64,000 nt of DNA, from NCBI RefSeq assembly GCF_009914755.1, contig NC_060936.1; one strand, 5' to 3'. Both the position numbers and the translations under genes were made by a program. How positions within the stretch are numbered: position 1 is the stretch's first letter; each line of letters opens with the position of its first letter. This document shows, in pieces, positions 29,841 to 42,910 of this stretch. The notes below the pieces were generated by a model. The model was given only the letters and a program-made list of their open reading frames with translations. It was not told the origin of the DNA and did not search any database. Source of the stretch: the human T2T-CHM13v2.0 reference genome, Homo sapiens.

Positions 29841-30479
29841 TAGGCAATAGTATTTCCAAGATTTAAAAAGTCACACACATTAAGTCAAAATGTCATTAAA
29901 CCCTTGGCATAGCACATCATCCAGGTTACCATGATGTCAGGTGAAGGACGATCAAGAAGAAGCCAGGGTTTTAGTCGTGGTTGCAGGAGCAGGCCTTTTT
30001 CCAGGGGCCTACATGTGGGGCACACGTGTAGGTTAAATTCTGAGGGCAACTTTCTGAGGGCTACCTTCATGCATCTTTGCCAAGACTGATCCCTCAGTGA
30101 CCTATGGTCTTACCTGCCTCTCATCCCTGGGGAGGAGGAAGAAGCAGAAAGATGTCTCCATTTGTCACCCTGGTAAAGCAAGTAGAGATGTGAAAGCTCC
30201 AAGACCGGGGAGGGCCCCAGAGGCCAGCATTCTAAAAAATAATTGCTCTATTATTTAAGCAAAGCCACTTAATAGCTCATTAAAGGGGCAAAGACGATTA
30301 TTACCCAGGTTTTTATCTGGGGAATCTCATAGAAATGCCAGAGTCATATTTCCAGGTAACCGAAGAATCTGAAAAGCACAGCAAAAGCTGAATCACAAAA
30401 ATCCAGGTCACTTTGGCTGACGTCTTTTTCCCCTCTTGAGGGGTTCACTGTACTTGGGAATGACCATAAATGTAGCCAA

Positions 30480-30680
30480 AGTTATCGAGCATTTCATATT
30501 CAACAGGAATTGTACTAAATGCGTGCCCATCATGTCTTGAGGCTTCGCAACAGCCCTACACAGAAGGTGCATTTAGTAGACCATTTTACAGGTGAGGAAA
30601 CTGAGACTTGAAAAGGTGATGTCATCACTTGCCAAAAGTAACTAGGCTAGTAGGTAGCAGAACTGGGACTCAAAAGTAGA
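30480..30680 (-). mobile_element. MIR SINE relic
   Basis: ccattttacaggtgaggaaactgagac. Confidence 0.75.
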
Positions 30681-31079
30681 TGGTTTGTCCATTCTGTTCT
30701 CAACAGATCTTAGCTTCAAAGCCCAGTCAAGGGGATCTTCAATAAATTCTGGGGGATAGGTGATCATAGCTTTCTGTCATCCAGGGCTGAAATTACCAAG
30801 GAACATGACAACAAAGAACAGCCAAACTGATATGGATGTGGAAAAGGGTAACAGACCTTGTGTTTTGCCAACCTTCATTTTGTAGCTCTTTGCATTGACA
30901 GTCACATTTCACCCAGCCAGGATCCTCCCTCTTCAAGTAGCCTTCCCTGATCCACTGGAAAGAACTCACATCTTCACCCTTGGAACTACCCATGTTGCTT
31001 ACAACCTTGGCTCATTCATTGCAGACTGGGCTTAAAGCTGGAGAGACAGGAGAGTAGAGAAATATACACAGATAGGTAG

Positions 31080-31245
31080 ACACTATTTGCTGAGCACTAA
31101 CAATGTGCTAGGCACAGTGTCAAAGACTTTATGCCAAGGTAAGCATTGCCAGCTCATATTATAGAGGAGAAAGCTGAAACTCAGAGACAGGAGGTCAGCG
31201 GCCCTCATCCCCCAGCCAGTCAACTGCAAAGCAGAGATTCAGGTC
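31080..31245 (-). mobile_element. MIR SINE relic
   Basis: tatttgctgagcactaacaatgtgctaggcac...gagaaagctgaaactcagaga. Confidence 0.7.
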
Positions 31246-31377
31246 TCCAGGTCTCCTGGGCAGGCTGCAGGTCTGTTTGCTAAGCCCACAAAGGGTTAAG
31301 CGGTTGCCCTTGACACTCAACTCTCACTAGGCAGGAAGAGGATAAAGGAGGGATGCCCATTCCATGTGTATAGACCT

Positions 31378-32019
<642 letters not shown>

Positions 32020-32109
32020 GTGCAGATCATGAAAGTTCAACCTATTGGCATCATCTTGGCAAGTTCAAGGATGTGCAATGGCAGAAAAATCCTGGCTTCT
32101 TGGGAAAGG

Positions 32110-32685
32110 AAGAGATAGAGAAATACACAGACCTCCAGGAGTATCGCACAAGGGGTCACACCCTTAGAGGCAGTCAGGAGCACACAGATATCTAGGCATA
32201 AACCCACAGAGAAAAGCAAACATCAAGAGGACATGCAGAGACACACAGATATGGATAAATATCCTAGTGTACACACTCAAAAGCTTGGAGCCACCCAGGT
32301 GTAGTAGACACACAAGCATCTAAGTAAACACACACACACATACATAGGGGAAACACACACATACATAGAGGAATCCCTTCATGCACATAGACACAAACTC
32401 CCAGGGCCCCAAAAAGAACATGCCAGCTACCAGGTTTACAAATATATGTGATACTACATATGCATGGAGATATATACAGAGCCATCCAAGCACATATACA
32501 CACACAGAGGGAACCCACAACTGTCCAGGTATGCTCTCACAGGTAAAGAAAGCAATGTCAGCTGCACAAGAATAACACAATAATTCAGAGAGAGCAAGAG
32601 AGAGATGAAAGGGAAGAAGGAGGAGAGAAGAGGAATGAGAGGAAAGGAGGGAGGTAAGGAGAGAGAGAAAGAGAAAGAGAAGGAC
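32110..32685. repeat. CA-rich then GA-rich low-complexity tract
   Basis: Composition seen directly. Confidence 0.7.
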
Positions 32686-32869
32686 CAGGGACTCCTTTGG
32701 GGGCCTGGTGACACCTATAGACCCCTTCTCATAAAAACATTTCTAAATGATTAAAAACAATGCCTGTTCCATTGACATAAAGTTCTCTTCTAGAGTTGTG
32801 CAGAAGAGCCACCTCCTGCAATGACCCAAAACCTGTTCCTTCCTTCCAAGGCCTCCTTGTTCCTCATGA

Positions 32870-33675
<806 letters not shown>

Positions 33676-33989
33676 CTAGATCTGTGATTGTTCAAAGATC
33701 ACTCGGGTTGCTCCACGCAGAATGGACTAACAGGAGGCAAGAGCTGAGAGGCTCATTAAGGCCACTAAGGTTGTCCATCAAGACCAAAAGAGATGGAGAC
33801 TTTGTGTAAGATGATGGCTGCAGATGGAGAAAATGGGCATATCAGAAGCACAAATGAAATTTCCCATTAGATAACTCTTTTCCATTAGATAACTTCAAGC
33901 TCCTAATTAATGAAAAACTGTTTAGATAATGGCAAGGAGATTGCTGGAGCAAGCTGGAAGTTTTCAGCCTTCAGAAAGTGGATGTCTAC

Positions 33990-34170
33990 AGTGGTGAATC
34001 GCATGAACTTTGAGGCCCGCCCACCTGAGTTTAAATCCTGGCTCTGCTTCATCTCTCTAGGCCTCAGTTTCACATCTGTAAAAAGGAAATAAAATATCTA
34101 TCTTTTGGGGTTTGTGAGGATTAAATGTGATAATCTGGGGGCAGTGTCTTGACTAAAGTAAATCCCACTA
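33990..34170 (+). mobile_element. MIR SINE relic
   Basis: gcctcagtttcacatctgtaaaa...tgtgaggattaaatgtgataat. Confidence 0.8.
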
Positions 34171-35028
34171 ACCTCTAGATGGTTATGCTACACCAACCAC
34201 ATCTAAAAAAGTATATATTAGACACGTAGCCTGCCTTCATGCTGCCCTTAGCCAGGATGGTTTGGGATGGTGGCGGTGGCACATGCTCCAAGTGTCTTGT
34301 CACTTCAGCTGGGTGGCCAAGGAGTCAGTACAGCAGAGGGCCTTTCCTCTCTGCTTCCATAATCCCATCTGCATCGCCCCCAGCCCTCACCAGCCCTTCC
34401 CACCTTGGTCCCCTCCAGTGATTGACAGGCTTCTGAATTATGAAAAATGAATGAGAGATATTGCTATCTCTGCTTGAGCCTCACCGCCATCCTTCAAAGG
34501 AGTGGGAAGGTCTTTCTGTGCAAGAAAATCTATAAAGTCCTCAAAAGAACCATGTTCTGCCCTTCTCAGCAGCCTCTTTCAGCTCCATTCTCCCTCATCA
34601 GACAGCTGTCTCCTGCTGTCTATCCAGGTGGCAGGCTGGAGGGTGGGGGCAGGGAAGGGGGGAAGGTAATGGAGTTGGGGGGAGAGGAAGTGCCACCTGC
34701 CAATCTCCATCACCTCTGCACCCTCTTGCTGCTGCCTCCACTGGGAAGTGCTTTCCTCATTTGTATGTTGACAGATAGCCCAGCTTCTGGGTATTAACCA
34801 CCTGCCTGGATAATCATCTCCTCTTTTAACCTCCGTGACCATTCTTCCCTCTAGGCCAACTCAATGCAAAAACACAGCACTCAGACCTGGTTCTGGGTGC
34901 TCAAGTTCACGGTTGCATTCAGCGTCATGGTTCCAGGTCAGAGTGTCCAGGCTTCAAACAGTGACTCCACCACCTACTAGCTGGGTTCACTTTGGGCAAA
35001 CGATTATAATGGTCCTCAGTTTCCTTCT

Positions 35029-35448
35029 TGTTATTGGATTGAATTGTGTCCTCCCAAATTTTATATGTGGAAGTTTTAACTCCTAGTACTTCAGAATGTG
35101 ACTTTATTTGGAAATCGGATCATTGAGATTTAATTAGTTAAAACGAGGTCCTGTTGGAGTAAAATGGGCCCCTAATTCAATATTAACAGGGGAAATTTGG
35201 ACATAGGCCTGCAAATTGGAAGAACACCATGTGAAGACTGAAGTTACGCTGACACAAGTCAAAGGACTACCAGAAGCTAGAAGAGAGGCCTGGAGCAAAT
35301 TATTCCTGCTGTGTTCAGAGGGAGCATGGCCTTGCCAACATCTTGAACTTGGACTTCAAGCCTCCAAAAGTATGAGACAATACACTTCTGTTGCTTAAGC
35401 CAACTAGTTTCTAGCATTCTGTTATAGCATCCCTGGGTAAATAATACA
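35029..35448 (+). mobile_element. MLT1A/B solo LTR inserted in a MIR
   Basis: tgttattggattgaattgtgtcctccc...taataca; TSD cttct/catct. Confidence 0.85.
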
Positions 35449-35664
35449 CATCTCTTACAAAATAAGTAGTCTAGAACAGTCCTCAGTATGTAGTGAATGA
35501 TATTTAAGTATTTGCTGTTACTGGCTTTGTGGTCTCTGGAGGAGTCTTCTACCTCTCTGAGCGCTTTATCTTCCTCTCATCTGAAGGAAGACCAGTAGCT
35601 CTAACTTTCAAGGACCTATATATGGCAAAGACAGTGGAAGAAACAAACATCTCTTTTCTTTCCT

Positions 35665-35822
35665 TAATTTTTTTAAATTTTAAGTTCTGGGATACATGTA
35701 CTGAACGTGCAGGTTTGTTACATAGGTATACAGGTGTCACGGTGGTTTCCTGCAGCTATCAACCTGTCATCTAGGTTTTAAGCCCTGCATACATTACGTA
35801 TTTGTCCTAATGCCCTCCTTCC
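35665..35822 (-). mobile_element. Short L1PA 3' end
   Basis: ttaagttctgggatacatgtactgaacgtgcaggtttgttacatagg. Confidence 0.85.
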
Positions 35823-35869
35823 CAAACCTCCCCTTTCTTATATAGATTATTCAATCCTTCACTCTTTTA

Positions 35870-36330
35870 TTAATTCATTCAACAACCACTGGGGATACAG
35901 CATGTATATAAAAGTCAAAATCTGTGCCCTCAGAAGCTCACATTCGAATGGTGGAAAACAAAAGAAATACGGTGAATAAATGAATATGGTAGATGAGATG
36001 TGTTCAAGTGGAAATGAATGCCACACAGAAAACTAAGACTGGAGAATGGAATCTATTTTAATAGGGAGAGCAATGCAATTTTAAGTGGACAGTCCAGAAG
36101 GCCTGTTATCACCGTAGTGTTCATTTGAGTAGAGACTTAAAGGAAGTGAGAAAGTCAGTCATGTGGATATCTGACGGAACAGTGTTTCTGGCAAAGGGAA
36201 TTGCGTGGGCAGGAGTGTGTTTGGTTTGTTGGAGAAATGACAGAAAACGAAGCCCTGCAGAAATGATAGTAAGGATGGTGGGAAGCAGGGTGAGTTACAG
36301 AAGCACCAAGGATTCTGGATTCTCCTGGAG
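35870..36330 (-). mobile_element. L2 relic
   Basis: catttgagtagagacttaaaggaagtgag...tgtggatatctg...ggcaggagtgtgtttgg. Confidence 0.7.
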
Positions 36331-36359
36331 GGGGAAATTAATAAAACTTGGAGCTACTA

Positions 36360-36530
36360 CATTTGAGTACTTACTATGTGCTGGGCACTATCTTTTTTAA
36401 CCTTCAAACAACCTTATGGGTTATAAGTAGAAACATTATCCCCATTTTAGCAGATAAGGAAATTGAGTCACAAAGAAGTCATAGATCCTGCCTGAGGTCA
36501 CAGATCTAGTAGGTGGTGGGTCCAGGGGTT
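36360..36530 (-). mobile_element. MIR SINE relic
   Basis: ttatccccattttagcagataaggaaattgag. Confidence 0.75.
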
Positions 36531-36864
36531 TTTCCTTACATATTCATAGGGAACTCAGAAGCAGAGGCCATTTCAACATAGTCGGGTTGAAGGCTTGGCT
36601 TACTTGCATGAATGGAGAAACGGGGAAGAGTATTCTAGGACAAGAGAACAGCATAAACAATGATAAGGAGGGATAGACATGCTAGATCTCACCATAGAGC
36701 CATAGCCATAGAAGCTAGATTTCTAGATAATCATGCAGTGAAAATTCCTTTCCTCATTTAACATACATTTAATGAGCAACTACTGTGTGCCAATATTTGC
36801 TGTAGTACTAGGAATGTAATGCTGAACAAGGCAGAAAAGATTCCTGTCCGTATGGTGCTGACAT

Positions 36865-36995
36865 GGGCATCCCCATTTTACAGATGATCCAATGGATGCT
36901 TAGTGAGTTTAACTGGTGGCCCCAGGTCAGTGGGTTTAATTGGTGGCTCCAGATCATGTAGCTTGCAAAGAGAGAAGCCAGGATTCTGGCAGTGC
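36865..36995 (-). mobile_element. MIR fragment
   Basis: atccccattttacagatg. Confidence 0.6.
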
Positions 36996-37519
36996 CGGGT
37001 TTTCCACTTCTATGAGGTCTTTTCTTCAAGTATATGTAGCTCAAGGGTCAGGGACTTGCTCTCAGACCTGTCCTGGCTCTTCCTCTCCTGCCCGTACCCC
37101 ACTGATGGGCAAGTAGGAATGGTATCTTGAGAAAAGTCTGGCTGCAGAGGGGGCCTTGGAGACAAAGCCAATGTGTCTCCCATTTTCCCACTCTTGATCT
37201 CTCAGTCTCTTGGCCTATCCTTTGCCTCACCAACACCTCTACAATGATTTCAGAGGAGAACTCCCATCTGTCGAGCCCTTTACATTTTCCTATTCATCCT
37301 CATGCCTCTCACTTCCATGGCCCCACAAGCCCATGAGGTCGGTATAATGATTGTCCCCCTTTTACAGATCTGAGTACCTTGGAGCTAGGAGTGGGGCAGG
37401 GATTTAGCGAAGATGGTCTAACCAAAGGCCAATGGAGACTTGATGTCTTATTTCTAATCTCAGGTCCTGTGCTCCTGTGGCTGATATAAACTTGAATATT
37501 TTTCTTTTTTTATCAAACA

Positions 37520-37910
37520 CCTTCAATGGCTATCACTACCCTGAGGATGAAGCCCAGTCTCTGTAATATAGCCTACAATGTCCTTATGGAAAGTGACCCT
37601 TGGGATGTCTCTCAATCCTCATCTCTCACAGTTCCCCAAGAGGAACTCCATGCTTCAGTTGCAGTAAACCCCATTATCTCACCCCTGGGCCTTTGCATAC
37701 GCTGTTTCCTGTTCCCCAACTGCTCTTCTCGAGCCTCTCAGCCAGCATAACTCTCCTCATCCCCCAGTCTGCACAAGGACCCCCTCTGCTGAGCTCTCAC
37801 TGTCCACATTCTAAACTCAATTGCCCCTGAGGCAATTGCTCCATTGTTCATCAGTTTTCTCCTGGCCTGGGAGCACCTTAAAGGCTCTGGGTCCCTGGTG
37901 TGTGGTAGAT
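37520..37910 (+). mobile_element. L2 relic
   Basis: ccttcaatggct...aggatgaagcccag...gggcctttgcatacgctgtttcct. Confidence 0.6.
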
Positions 37911-37984
37911 GCAGGACACATCAATCAAGGCAGAATGCAGAATCTAAACTCAATTCCTATCTCCATCATTTACCCACAGGGTGA

Positions 37985-38350
37985 CTAGGGTGGCAGCCTC
38001 CAAGATGGCCTTCAATATTTCCCACCCCTTGGCATTCCCAACTTTGTTCAAGTCCCTCCCTTGTTGTATCAGGATTGGGCAGTGTGACCCACAGAATATG
38101 GCAGAAGTGATAGTATGTCACCTCTGAGGTTAGGTCATAAAAGAGAGTATGGCTTCTTCCTTCTCTCTTGAATCACTTGCTCTGGAGGAAGCCAGCTGCC
38201 ATATTGTGAGGATGTCAGGCAGCTCTGAGGAGAACCTCACATGGCAACAAACTGAGGCCTCTTACCAAACAGCCAAGGCAGATCCTTCACCCTAGTCCAG
38301 ACTTCAGATGTGGGCCAACCATTTACCAACACTTTAAAGTTCTGGTAATT
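37985..38350 (+). mobile_element. MLT1F-like LTR
   Basis: tggcagcctccaagatggcc...agaatatggcagaagtga...gaagccagctgccatattgtgagg. Confidence 0.75.
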
Positions 38351-38554
38351 TGTCAATGCTTTAAGGAATTAATTTATGTAAAGTGTCTGGTATTTAGAAA
38401 AAACTGCTTATACATTTGCTATTATTTACAAAATTATTTTATTTAAACACCACAATCCCCTAAGAGAAAGACTATTATTCCCATCTTACAAATGATCATA
38501 CTGAAGCTTAGAGAGGTCAAGCAAATTACATAAGGTCATATAGTTAGCTATGGT

Positions 38555-38692
38555 CGTGTAACAAGTTAGTCCAAAAGTTAGCTGCTTAAAAAAGAAAAAA
38601 AATCTTATCATTTCTGTGAATCAAGAATTCTGGAGTGGCTTAACTGGGTGGCTCTGGCTGAGGGTTTCTCAGAAGGTTCCAGTCAAGATATT
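38555..38692 (-). mobile_element. MLT1-type LTR fragment
   Basis: ttctgtgaatcaagaattctggagtggcttaactgggtggctctggctgagg. Confidence 0.65.
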
Positions 38693-38694
38693 GG

Positions 38695-38820
38695 ATTTTA
38701 TTTTGAGATGGGATTTTGCTCTGTTGCCCAGGCCACAGTGAGCTATGTTTGTGCCATTGCCCTCCAGCCTGGGTAGCGGAGTGAGATCTCATCTCAAAAT
38801 ATAAAATAAATAAAATAAAC
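38695..38820. mobile_element. Fold-back pair of Alu 3'-end fragments
   Basis: Minus-strand Alu tail 38695-38733 directly joined to a plus-strand Alu 3' end running to 38820. Confidence 0.85.
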
Positions 38821-38930
38821 GGAGGCTCAGAGAGGTAAAGTAACTTACCTAAGACCATACAGCTGCTAAGTGGCAGAGCTGGGATTGTGAACCGAGTAAT
38901 CTGAGAGCCCCACTCGTCACTATGCTCTGC
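38821..38930 (-). mobile_element. MIR fragment
   Basis: gaggctcagagaggtaaagtaacttacctaag...aagtggcagagctgggatt. Confidence 0.8.
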
Positions 38931-40299
38931 GCTGTCTCATGTATCAAGGACTTAGCTGGTTCCAGACATGTAGAAATCACTCAGTCAACATTAGCTAGTA
39001 TCACAAAATGATTTTTGCTATTTCTTAATAACTCTTGCTGGTATTAATTCTCAAGTAACTAGTAAGTTCATTCCGTTGATCAATTAATGCTTTACCATAG
39101 AATTCTTTTTATCTCTGAGACCTTCCTTGATTTGTTCTAAGTTTGAGCTCCACCAGCCAGGAAACCCAGAGCTCACACGTTACCTACGCATGCTTCAGGC
39201 ACTCCGCTACACACTTTACTAATGCTACCTCAGTTAATCCACCACCAGCCTCTGGTAATATCATGATCTTCATTTTACAGATGGGGAAACTGAGGCAATG
39301 GGGCAGCTGAGCAGGAGTTCCCCGTCCAAAGTCAGGTGGCTTTCACTGCCCATGCTGTAACCTACCATAGTTGCAGACCTGGCTCACAGGCATATCAGAA
39401 GGCCAGGGAAAAATCTTTCAATTTAACCACACCAAGACGCTCTCTGAATCTGGTCCTTTCTAAGCATATCTAGTGGTTTCCACCAAAACACATTTCCCAA
39501 GGCCTTCAGAGCAGCTTCTCGGCTCTATGAAACCCCCTAGCTGGGGCCTTCCTTCCTGTTTTAAGAAGTGAAAGCATAGAGACACCAGCCCAGGCCCAAT
39601 ATAGTTTCAGATCTAAATTTAACAACAATAACTCGGCTCCAGCCTGACCCTGCAGAGAAGAAAGGGGAGCAGGGAAAAAAAAAAAAAAAAAAGCAACGAC
39701 TAATTCTTCACAAATTAGGACAATAATAAAGTTCCTTTCAAGTGTCAGCGCATATTCTTAGCAAGAGCGTAACACCTAAATCAAGTCCAGGCTGTAAAAA
39801 CGGCATAATAGCAGGAAGCCAGGCTACAGGCCTGACTTCCTCTGGGGAGACAGGGGATTTGTGGGGGTGTCCGCAGGCTGGACAGGCAGGGATGGAGCCA
39901 GGCAGGGCCCAGCTCACTGGGAGGCACACACCTCTGTCTGGCCTCCACACTGAGCCCCATCTGGGGTTGCCCATACAGCCCCCTGCATAGGCCTTTGGCA
40001 CTAGAGCTTTTAACAGTCATCAGCGTACTTCTTGTCCACCCTCTCAGCCTGTCTTCTTAGAATGGCCCAAGTGCACCTCTGAAAATGCTAGTCAAATGGG
40101 CAAAATGCACCTCGTGGAACAACACGAACAGGGAGCCCAATGGCCCAAGGGCCCAGCTGCTGCGCTCTGGAGCTCCCTGCATGAACAGGAGGCCGTGTGT
40201 TCTGTGGGCCATCCCCAGCCAATGTCTGAAAACGGCAGCATACTAAGGCAGGCCCGTTCCTGGGAGACGCAGAATTCCTTTCATAGTTCAAGGGCTCCC

Positions 40300-40532
40300 C
40301 ATGGCTTTGATGAATCTTTCTTGGACAGCTTGGCAGCTTGGGATGCTTCCACCCAAGCTTCTCTGTATCTCCTTCACTAGGAATCAGACCTGTATACCAG
40401 TCCTCCAGCTAGCTCTCCTGCCTTTCCCAGCTCTCTCTCCATTTTCTCTCCAACAGGCACTTCTCCTAAAAAAAGCTTTCCACATTTAATCTCGTCTTGG
40501 CACCTGCATCTTGGAGGACCCAGATGAGCACA
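40300..40532 (+). mobile_element. ERVL-type LTR 3' end (LTR16-like)
   Basis: aatctcgtcttggcacctgcatcttggaggacccagatgagcaca; 5' boundary uncertain. Confidence 0.5.
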
Positions 40533-40544
40533 TTGGGTGGTGTC

Positions 40545-40950
40545 GCTTCTCACTGTAACACCCTTCCAGGAGTTTCTTTTTTTGCCAGAAGAAAATCTAA
40601 ATTCCTTGCACTGGCCTACAAGGCCCATGACACTTCTCTAACCCCAAATACTCTTCTCCTCCCCTTGATGGCATTCTTGCTATTCCTTGAACATCCCAAA
40701 TTGTTTCTGCCTCGGGGCCTTTGCACCTGCTCTTTCTGCTGCCCAGACCACTCTTCTCTGGGCCTGGAAGCTTCTCACTCATCCAGCAGGTCTCAGCTTA
40801 AACATCACCTCCTCAGAGAGGTCTTACTTGATCGAAACAGGCTTCCTGTCTGTGCTCCCCAATCAATACCTACTCCTTACGCTGCGAAAACACATCAGAC
40901 TTTGCACTTAGTTGATTTGTCTGACAGCCCTTCTTGAATGTAAGCATCTT
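40545..40950 (+). mobile_element. L2 relic
   Basis: agaagaaaatctaaattcctt...tggcctacaaggccc...gtctcagcttaaacatcacctcctcagagagg. Confidence 0.8.
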
Positions 40951-40964
40951 GAAATATCATAGCC

Positions 40965-41185
40965 AGCATTTACTGAGGACTGACAAGGGGCCAGGCACTG
41001 GGTAAGAGCATCACATGTTTTAACTCATTCGATCCTCTCCCAATCCCTGTGAAGTGTAGGTAGTACTGTTGTTGCAGATGAAGAAACTGAGGCACAAGAA
41101 TAAATGAATTTCCTGGGGTCATAAAACTGGGCAGCAGAAGAGCAGGGCCTGGATTCAGGCTCTCTGGCTCCAGCATCTGCCACCT
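40965..41185 (-). mobile_element. MIR SINE relic
   Basis: gcagatgaagaaactgaggcac. Confidence 0.75.
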
Positions 41186-41299
41186 CTGTGGGGATGCCGT
41201 TTTGCCTCTTGTGAAAAGATGACACCACTGTATACCAACAAGGATTTCCAGGGCTTCGCCCTGTGTCTGGCACTGAGTACACACTTTGCAAAATAGAGC

Positions 41300-41857
41300 T
41301 GCCAGAGGCGTTTAAACAACAGCAACTCCATCTTCAATAGGGGCTGGGTAAAATAAGGCTAAGACCTTACTATGCTGCATTCCCAGAAGGTTAGACATTC
41401 TAAGTCACAGAATGAGATGAGAGGTCAGCACAAGATACAGGTCATAAAGACCTTGCTGATAAAACAGGTTGCATTAAAGGAGCTGGCCAAAACCCATCAA
41501 AACCAAGATGGTGACGAGAGTGACCTCTGGTCGTCCCCACCGCTACACTCCCATCAGCGCCATGACAGTTTACGAATGCCATGGCAACATCAGGAAGTTA
41601 CCCTGTATGGCCTAAAAAGGGGATGCATGAATAATCCACTCCTTGTTTAGCATATCATCAAGAAATAACCATAAAAATGGATAGCCAGCAGCCCTTGGGG
41701 CTGCTCTGTCTATGGAGTAGCCATTCTTTTATTCCTTTACTTTCTCAATACACTTGCTTTCACTTTCTTTACTCTATGGACTTGCCTCAAATTCTTTGTT
41801 GCACGAGATCCAAGAACCCTCTCTTGGGGTCTGGATCAGGACCCCTTTCCAGTCACA
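41300..41857 (+). mobile_element. MER41A ERV1 solo LTR
   Basis: TG...CA ends, 558 bp; tgccagaggcgtttaaac...gagatccaagaaccctctcttggggtctggatcaggacccctttcc; lacks the MER41B GAS segment; TSD gagc/gaac. Confidence 0.9.
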
Positions 41858-41964
41858 GAACTCATTTATTGTGTGCCTCTTGCAGACCAGATGCTTTCCA
41901 TAAAAAAGCCCTATTCCCTTTGCACAAGGACCCCTAGAAGATGGGCCTGCAGTTAGTCTCCATT

Positions 41965-42425
41965 TGCCAGCTCCCCCTATTCTCTACCCTTCTCTGTCCC
42001 GTGCCCCTGAAGCTGACCCCTGTGGATGACACCTCCTAGCACCTCTGTGATCTGCTTCTAGCTGGGGTCATCTAATAGGAAGCACTGGCAGGAGATCAAA
42101 GGGAAGAAGGAGAAAAGCCAGGTGTTTCTTCCTTGTTTCCTCCCTAATTCAGAACCACATTTCTGGAGGGGTGTGTCCGTCCCTGACCTGTGCCAGGTGA
42201 CTCATCCACCATGACCCCGGCCCTGCCTGGGCTCCTGAAACCCTTCTTCTTTTCTTCCTACTTCAGCTTATGGATGTGAACAGCTCTCCACTGTTGCTAG
42301 ACTCCTGATGCCTCAGCACCTCATGTTCATGTGATTAACCCTGTCCACCCCGCTGTAAGTAGTCCCTTAATTAAACTCTCATAGTTTGAACCATCTAGGG
42401 CAGATTCTATCTCCTGCAGGCAGAT
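41965..42425 (+). mobile_element. LTR33-like ERVL LTR inside a MIR
   Basis: gctgacccctgtgga...aggaagcactggcaggagatcaaaggg...gtaagtagtcccttaattaaactctc. Confidence 0.65.
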
Positions 42426-42614
42426 GGATGAGATTGCAAGCATTAAGATGACCTATCCTATTTTACAGATGAGGACAAAGAGGCTTAGCGATTACAGGCA
42501 CCAGCCCAAGGTCACATGACTCAACTTACTGGGAGCACTCTAGTGTGCCTGCCCCCAGTTCACCTCCTCTGTCCATTTCTCATGCTGCTCATTGTTACAA
42601 AGAGCCATCTGAAC

Positions 42615-42910
42615 CCAGTGGTTAAGAGGACTGGCTTTTGAAGCCATACAGACCTGGGTTCAAGGCCCAGTTCTGTGACCTGGGGCACCTTATCTGCTCC
42701 CGGCTGAGCCTTATTTTCTTCATCTGAAAAATATGGAGAATTACAATGAGAATGCAAAGTAACTGACGTAACAGTTTTCGCCTTCCAAGGTTGCAGTTAG
42801 GTTTAAATGTAAATGTAATGTAAACGTAATGCATTGTAAATGTAAATGTAAATGTATATATCATTCTTAGCAGAATGCCCAGAACATGGTAAGAGCACAA
42901 TAAATATAGC
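42615..42910 (+). mobile_element. MIR with an internal (TAAATG)n expansion
   Basis: cagtggttaagag...agacctgggttcaa...ttcttcatctgaaaaat. Confidence 0.75.

Noticed and set aside
33860-33895. Small direct duplication ccattagataact, and similar ones near 6572-6610 and 53367-53400
   Set aside because: Ordinary slippage duplications; no array structure, not CRISPR-like
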